A DNA stretch of 11,130 bases, taken from the UHGV virus genome UHGV-0057427. One strand, given 5' to 3'. Made by a program: the position numbers and the translations under genes. This stretch comes from a virus. Position 1 is the first letter of the stretch. Every line of letters starts with the position of its first letter. Positions 6,426 through 11,130 of this stretch are shown here, piece by piece. The notes under the pieces were generated by a model. The model was not told where the DNA came from and searched no databases. It was given only the letters and a program-made list of their open reading frames with translations.

Positions 6426-6620
6426 ATGAACAACTTAATGACAACTAAACAAGTCGCCGACTTCTGTGGCGTTTCAGTATCAACAGTACTTCGCTGGAAC
6501 AGCGTAAACAGGAGGACAGGCCAGAAATACAGGCCAGATTTTCCAGATCCTGATATTAAATCCTGCCCAAATAAATGGGCATCACGCAAGATTTATAGGT
6601 TTGCGGGAATTATTGAGTAA
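6426..6620 (+). CDS. Excisionase/AlpA-family HTH DNA-binding protein (64 aa)
   Basis: ATG at 6426 has GGAGGG 6 nt upstream. N-terminus MNNLMTTKQVADFCGVSVSTVLRW is the typical excisionase-family HTH (T-x-Q-V-A...G-V-S...T-V-x-R-W). It is the last gene of the early operon, near the integrase. The track start at 6342 adds an unlikely extension. Confidence 0.55.
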   Translation: MNNLMTTKQVADFCGVSVSTVLRWNSVNRRTGQKYRPDFPDPDIKSCPNKWASRKIYRFAGIIE

Positions 6621-6629
6621 CGTGTATTA

Positions 6630-6659
6630 GTCACAGATGTGAACAGACACATCTGTGAC
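6630..6659. repeat. Perfect 12-bp inverted repeat (hairpin or protein-binding dyad) immediately after the excisionase-like gene
   Basis: GTCACAGATGTG (6630-6641), 6-nt loop aacaga, CACATCTGTGAC (6648-6659); no U tract follows, so it is not a canonical intrinsic terminator. Confidence 0.5.
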
Positions 6660-6983
6660 ACAGAACCAAATCTAATCTGAGTGTCCACTTTGTGGTGTGA
6701 GTTCAACCGATGGATGCAACACACAGGCGGAAGCTGAATGCATACTCACCTTTGTATCCCAGCGTGCTGTAACAATGAACAACAACACTCTGGTGATTTG
6801 ACGAGTGCTTAAATTCTTTCAGTAACAATGTATTGTTAGTTTACATAGTTGTAAATAAATATAGTTTATTGTAACATTTTGCTTGCAATGTCATTTAAGC
6901 AACCTGCTTACTTTGAGGGCTTTGATGATAGATGAATCCTTACTAAAATTATCATTTTTATGTATTGATTGAAGAGAAGATTA

Positions 6984-8984
6984 ATGATAGATAAATCAAT
7001 TACTAACCCTGGTTTCCATAAGCAGTTTCTATTAGAAAGGTTCAATGCTGATGAACAAAAAATATTAAAGTTATTATCAAAAGGATGGTATTTAACTAAT
7101 TCTGGCGAGGAGTTACAAATTGCTCAATCCAGATATAATTATTTTCTGATGAAACCTACACCAAAAACCTCTGAAATGTTCAACATTGAGAGAGAGATTG
7201 TTTGTGTATTTAGTAACTACGATTATTTTGAACCAAGAACATTAGATTTTTTCGAACAAGTTTACATGCGTCTTCCAAAGATGCGCACAGAGATGGTTTG
7301 TGCTGTTCTAATTGGCAGAGCTCCTGATACAGAAGAAAAGGTTGAACAGCTTCTTAAAGCTGATCCAGAGCATCAAATCATTGTACCTGTTAGTTATACT
7401 GAAATGATGTGCACAGATGCACTTCGAACACTTGAAAATAGATTTAGAAAACATTTCTACTCTCGAGATTTATTCTCCTTTTTATCTCCACTTAAAAAAG
7501 ATACATACTTTTTTGGTCGTTCAAATCTTATCAATGAGATTGTAAATCGATTCCAATCTGGGGAGCACACTAGCCTTTTTGGTCTTAGGAAAAGCGGAAA
7601 AACATCGATTGTATATGCAATCCAGAGACGTTTAGAGGCAAAAGGAGATTGTTTTGTATCATTAGATTGCGAAAGCCCATCAATACATGGCCTTCGCTGG
7701 TATGAATTACTTGAGAAACTAGTATTATTATATCTAGAGGCAAAAAAATCTAAAGTTAAAATTAACACATCTGGTAGATATGATGTTAAGAATGCTGCAG
7801 AGAGCTTTGAAACAGATATATTAAAAATTTACAACTCAAAAAAAACAGCAAGTGCTATATTTATTTTCGATGAAATTGAAAGAATTACACCGACAACGGG
7901 AGCTTCGATTCACTGGAGAGAAGAAACCGATTTTATATACTTTTGGCAGACAATGCGCGGTTTTTACCAGAAACATCCGTCTGTTTTCTGTTATATGTTA
8001 GTTGGCACAAACCCAAGTTGTATAGAAACACCATCATTATTGGGGCATGACAATCCAATTTATGCTTCAATTCAAAGCCAATATGTTCCTCCTTTTACTG
8101 TTGATCAAGTTAGTCAAATGGTTACACGTTTAGGTGATTATATGGGATTAAAATTTGACAATTTGATCACTGCAAAACTGGCAGAAGACTATGGCGGACA
8201 TCCATTTTTAATTCGCCAAGCTTGCAGCCAAATTAACAAGCTAATCCCTTCAGATAGACCTGTAACAATTGATAAATCTCTATATAATAAGTCTAAGATC
8301 GAGTTTAGGAACAACTCTCAGGAGTATTTAGCAATGATGATTCAGGTATTGTCGGAATGGTATCCTGATGAGTACGAAATGCTATGTTTACTCGCTCAAG
8401 GGGATATGGATAGTTTCAATTCATTTGCTCAGGATCATACATCTTATACTCGACATTTAATTGGCTATGGGCTTATTCAAAAAGGCACATCTGGTTATTC
8501 CTTTAACCTTGAGGAAATTTCTGATTTGCTTAGAAAAAAACATCAACATGAAAGATTAAACCTGACAGATGAAGAAAAGGTTCAAGAGATTTCAATTAGA
8601 AGAAATCGCTTAGAAAAAGGTTTGCGGATACTTGTCAGGAACACATTAAAAATATATAAGGGTTCAAATAAAGCAAAAGATGCTGTTATTTCTGCAGTTC
8701 CTGATGGGCGAAAATCAACATTACAAAATTACGATTTATCCAAACTATTAGATCCTGATTCATCTCCATTATTCTTTCTCGAATTAATTAACATAATTAC
8801 GAGAGAGTGGGTGATTTTTGATAATGTTTTTGGGATTAATAAAGAAAAAATAAAAATTATGCTTGAGGAAATTAACACTAAAGGACGTCCAGATGCACAT
8901 GCAAAATGTATTGACGAAGATGATTTTCAGCAATTAAGGCTTTACTTCAAAAAGCTTGAGTTAATACTTCAAGAGTGGTTATAA
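6984..8984 (+). CDS. P-loop NTPase with STAND/ORC-Cdc6-type AAA+ motif order, unknown N- and C-terminal domains (666 aa); candidate defense cargo
   Basis: Walker A GLRKSGKTS (nt 7581-7607) preceded by FFGRSNLINEIVNRF, Walker B IFIFDE (nt 7860-7874), sensor-1-like MLVGTN, GxP-like YGGHPFLIRQ. Codon usage is visibly AT-rich compared with neighbours. First ATG at 6984 with purine-rich SD; track start 6969 is TTG. Stands alone between xis-like and int. Confidence 0.8.
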   Translation: MIDKSITNPGFHKQFLLERFNADEQKILKLLSKGWYLTNSGEELQIAQSRYNYFLMKPTPKTSEMFNIEREIVCVFSNYDYFEPRTLDFFEQVYMRLPKMRTEMVCAVLIGRAPDTEEKVEQLLKADPEHQIIVPVSYTEMMCTDALRTLENRFRKHFYSRDLFSFLSPLKKDTYFFGRSNLINEIVNRFQSGEHTSLFGLRKSGKTSIVYAIQRRLEAKGDCFVSLDCESPSIHGLRWYELLEKLVLLYLEAKKSKVKINTSGRYDVKNAAESFETDILKIYNSKKTASAIFIFDEIERITPTTGASIHWREETDFIYFWQTMRGFYQKHPSVFCYMLVGTNPSCIETPSLLGHDNPIYASIQSQYVPPFTVDQVSQMVTRLGDYMGLKFDNLITAKLAEDYGGHPFLIRQACSQINKLIPSDRPVTIDKSLYNKSKIEFRNNSQEYLAMMIQVLSEWYPDEYEMLCLLAQGDMDSFNSFAQDHTSYTRHLIGYGLIQKGTSGYSFNLEEISDLLRKKHQHERLNLTDEEKVQEISIRRNRLEKGLRILVRNTLKIYKGSNKAKDAVISAVPDGRKSTLQNYDLSKLLDPDSSPLFFLELINIITREWVIFDNVFGINKEKIKIMLEEINTKGRPDAHAKCIDEDDFQQLRLYFKKLELILQEWL

Positions 8985-9081
8985 GTGAACGCAATAAATT
9001 AGTGTCATTTACCAATTAAATTTTATACCTAGCCCTACTTCGTTGTGGCAGGTATATGATTAAGCACTTAAATCAGCCCGC

Positions 9082-10356
9082 TTATCGTTCAAAGCGGGCT
9101 GTCAGATTTGATTGAGTCCTACTAAGCAAACTATCAGTTGTGTCCGCACTAGTACAAGTAATGATCGATTCAACTCTCTCCCACCATGCCTGGTAGGCTT
9201 TACGCTGTTCTTCTAGATAATCGCTCTTGTCATAAACTTGCCATACCCCTGGCAGTTTATGACCTAGCATTATTTCTGCAATATGAGGCGCAGTAAGATC
9301 AGAAAAGTTTGTTCGTGCTGTTCGCCTCAAATCATGAAGAGACCAATGAGGGAATTGATACCCCAAACGCCGCCATGCGTACTGCATTAAATTGTAAGGC
9401 AGCGACTGCAATGATGTCCGACCAACGGGTTCCCTGCTTCCTTCCTTAGTAAAAAGCATATCGGAACCATTATTCATAGAAATAGCGTACTTTATAAGCT
9501 CTTCAACCGGTTCAATAATGGGCCGCTTTAGCGGTTCGCCCGTTATCTCCCCAGTCTTATGTCGTTCTGGTGGTACAGTCCATACTTTATTAATGAAATC
9601 AAAATCGTCCACCCTGGCGGTAATTAGCTCTGAACTACGGCAGCCAAAATGCAGCAATAGTTTAATGAAGGCCCGGTATTTAGGAACCATTCGAGAACCA
9701 TCGATCGCAGCATAAAGGATTTTAATTTCATCATGTGTCAGAAACCGTTTCTTCTGACCTTTACGGATATCCATATCTTTACCCGTGATATCCGACAACG
9801 GGCGAGTTTCAATGAGCTTTCTCTTATACGCCCAGACATGGGCCTGCTTTGCGTTAATTAGCAATCGGTCTGCTATTGCTGGAGTCTTAGTGCTAAGAGG
9901 CTCCAGGACTTCTAACCAATCATGCAATGTAGCTGCATCGTGAGGGATATTCCCGATTTTAGAGAACAGGTGCAGCTCAAACGAGCGGAGTATCTGTTCA
10001 GAACCTTTTTTATTTTTTACACAATATGCTTCATACCAGGCACGGATCACAGACTCTACCGTCATGGCTTCAGTAGCTTTTCGTTTTTCAGCCTGCTTGA
10101 CCAATCGTGGATTACGGTTTGACTCGAGTTCACCACGGAGACGGGTAACTTCTTCTCTGGCCTCTTTTAATCCAGTTGCCGGGTAAGTTCCGATATCAAG
10201 ACGCTCACCTTTCCCTGCCCATTGATAACGATATTGGAACACTACGCGACCTTTCGGTGATACTCTGACAGACAGACCATCACGATCGGATTTAACCAAA
10301 ACCTTATCACGTTCCTTTCCAACGACTGAACGCAACCACGCATCAGACAGCGCCAT
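9082..10356 (-). CDS. int: Phage integrase, tyrosine recombinase (424 aa)
   Basis: N-terminal arm-binding-type region (GLSVRVSPKGRVVFQYRYQWAGKGERLDIGTYPATGLKEAREE), C-terminal catalytic signatures HDLRRTART and conserved Tyr region (LGHKLPGVWQVYDKSDY). It lies adjacent to the host junction. Confidence 0.9.
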   Translation of the reverse strand: MALSDAWLRSVVGKERDKVLVKSDRDGLSVRVSPKGRVVFQYRYQWAGKGERLDIGTYPATGLKEAREEVTRLRGELESNRNPRLVKQAEKRKATEAMTVESVIRAWYEAYCVKNKKGSEQILRSFELHLFSKIGNIPHDAATLHDWLEVLEPLSTKTPAIADRLLINAKQAHVWAYKRKLIETRPLSDITGKDMDIRKGQKKRFLTHDEIKILYAAIDGSRMVPKYRAFIKLLLHFGCRSSELITARVDDFDFINKVWTVPPERHKTGEITGEPLKRPIIEPVEELIKYAISMNNGSDMLFTKEGSREPVGRTSLQSLPYNLMQYAWRRLGYQFPHWSLHDLRRTARTNFSDLTAPHIAEIMLGHKLPGVWQVYDKSDYLEEQRKAYQAWWERVESIITCTSADTTDSLLSRTQSNLTARFER

Positions 10357-10585
10357 TACTCACCTTGTACAAATCGCAAAACACCTCTGCTGCTTTGTAC
10401 ATTATGTACAAGAATATGTACAGATTTTTGATGAAAGCAAGCTGATCGATTTAAAGTTACATGAAAGAATCTTCAATTAAAGAAGCCACATAACTAAATG
10501 TATTTAAATGAGTTATATAGCTCAACCTCAATTAACTGAAAGGATTTTGAAAGAGTAAAAGAGCTTTAATTTGGGCTTAATTATT
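10357..10585. promoter_or_regulatory. attL phage arm / integrase upstream region with clustered TGTACA motifs
   Basis: AT-rich; TTGTACAA (10365-10372), TTTGTACATTATGTACAAG (10394-10412), ATGTACAG (10416-10423) share the GTAC core of the cI/cro operators. The region ends where the prfC reading frame begins to match the host. Confidence 0.45.
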
Positions 10586-10651
10586 GGGGTGAGAAATAAT
10601 GGCAAAAGTGCGGCGCTTCGCCACCTCTTGCAAATAAGGAGACAACGTCAT
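10586..10651 (-). pseudogene. prfC: prfC 5' fragment (first 22 codons of peptide chain release factor 3) interrupted by the prophage
   Basis: Minus-strand ATG at 10651-10649 translates to [22 protein letters not shown], which matches my recollection of the E. coli RF3 N-terminus, then NN-stop where host sequence would continue DAGKTT. A 90-bp spacer separates it from the yjjG stop. Confidence 0.6.
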
Positions 10652-10741
10652 AATTCTTTCTTCTTGAGTAAGCGGCATCGCGCCGCGCTTGTTGAAAACG
10701 AAAAATTGCGGCTATTTTACCCATCAACGGGGGGGAGGCAA

Positions 10742-11130
10742 TCAGTGTTTACACAGGAGCTGCTCCAGTTCGTGCAACGAAGAAACGGTCCAGGTGGGCG
10801 CGATGCCTTCTGGTTGCTCGCGATGGTGCGCATTCAGCCAGCAGGTCGCAAGCCCGGCGTTGATGCCACCGAGAATATCGGACTCGGCAGTGTCGCCAAC
10901 CATCAGCACGCGTGAACGGTCAGGATTGCCCGCCTGTTCCAGCGCATAATCGAAAATTTTCTTATTCGGTTTGGCAACGCCAACTTCTTCGGAAATCACC
11001 AGCAAATCGAAGTAATCACGCAGGCCCGTGCGTTCCAGACGCACTTGCTGCAAGGCGCTAAAGCCGTTGGTGATGATGCCGATTTTGGCGTTGCCACGAA
11101 TGGCGTTAAGCAGAGAAACCGCGCCCGGCA
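10742..11130 (-). CDS. yjjG: Pyrimidine 5'-nucleotidase YjjG (HAD family), C-terminal part; N-terminus beyond window end
   Basis: Minus-strand translation ...[117 protein letters not shown] matches the E. coli YjjG C-terminus as I recall it; TGA stop at 10744-10742. Confidence 0.9.

Larger units (their letters stand above)
1..10585. mobile_element. Lambdoid prophage, int-proximal portion (left part continues beyond window start; right boundary approximate at the junction with prfC codon 22)
   Basis: Contiguous phage-type modules: tyrosine integrase, excisionase-like HTH, CI/Cro/CII immunity core with palindromic operators, O-like initiator with iterons. Right boundary placed where the minus-strand reading [22 protein letters not shown] (recalled RF3 N-terminus) stops matching at about nt 10585/10586. 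Confidence 0.8.

Noticed and set aside
6630-6659. Possible CRP site within the TGTGA-containing palindrome
   Set aside because: Spacing and right half-site do not fit TGTGA-N6-TCACA; better described as a generic 12-bp hairpin or dyad.
7457-7768. Minus-strand 103-aa ORF inside the NTPase gene
   Set aside because: Antisense to a gene with clear Walker A/B motifs; AT-rich sequence produces spurious ORFs.
9076-9100. Hairpin AGCCCGCTT-N7-AAGCGGGCT overlapping the integrase stop codon as a convergent terminator
   Set aside because: No convincing U tract on either strand and one arm is coding; function is uncertain.
9518-10122. Plus-strand ORFs 9518-9715 and 9922-10122 inside the integrase gene
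   Set aside because: Antisense to a well-supported tyrosine recombinase ORF.
10357-10741. tRNA gene at the attachment site
   Set aside because: No tRNA-like cloverleaf or T-loop (GTTCGA-type) sequence; the junction falls inside the prfC coding sequence.
10571-10949. Plus-strand ORFs 10571-10915 and 10689-10949
   Set aside because: Antisense to the prfC fragment, the yjjG-prfC intergenic region and yjjG; low-complexity G/R/A-rich products.

Overview
This window is the int-proximal ~10.6 kb of a lambdoid prophage plus its host junction, read by eye and from the ORF track only (no BLAST, HMM or RNA folding was possible). Right to left: host yjjG 3' end (minus strand), a 90-bp intergenic region, the first 22 codons of prfC (RF3), then prophage DNA, so the element appears inserted inside the 5' end of prfC. 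Prophage content: a tyrosine integrase (minus); an AT-rich 666-aa P-loop NTPase with STAND/AAA+-like motif order sitting alone between integrase and an excisionase-like gene; a plus-strand early operon resembling the CPS-53/KplE1 yfdP-Q-R-S-T cluster; a ~490-bp highly structured noncoding region; a minus-strand coiled-coil/zinc-ribbon gene in the slot lambda uses for rexAB; and a lambda-like immunity/replication core (CI repressor, divergent Cro, CII-position gene, small ORF, O-like initiator with in-gene 15-bp iterons running off the left edge). The best candidate for an undescribed system is the lone NTPase cargo gene, with the zinc-ribbon gene and the structured RNA-like region as secondary candidates. 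All family assignments rest on motifs, gene order and my recollection of known proteins.
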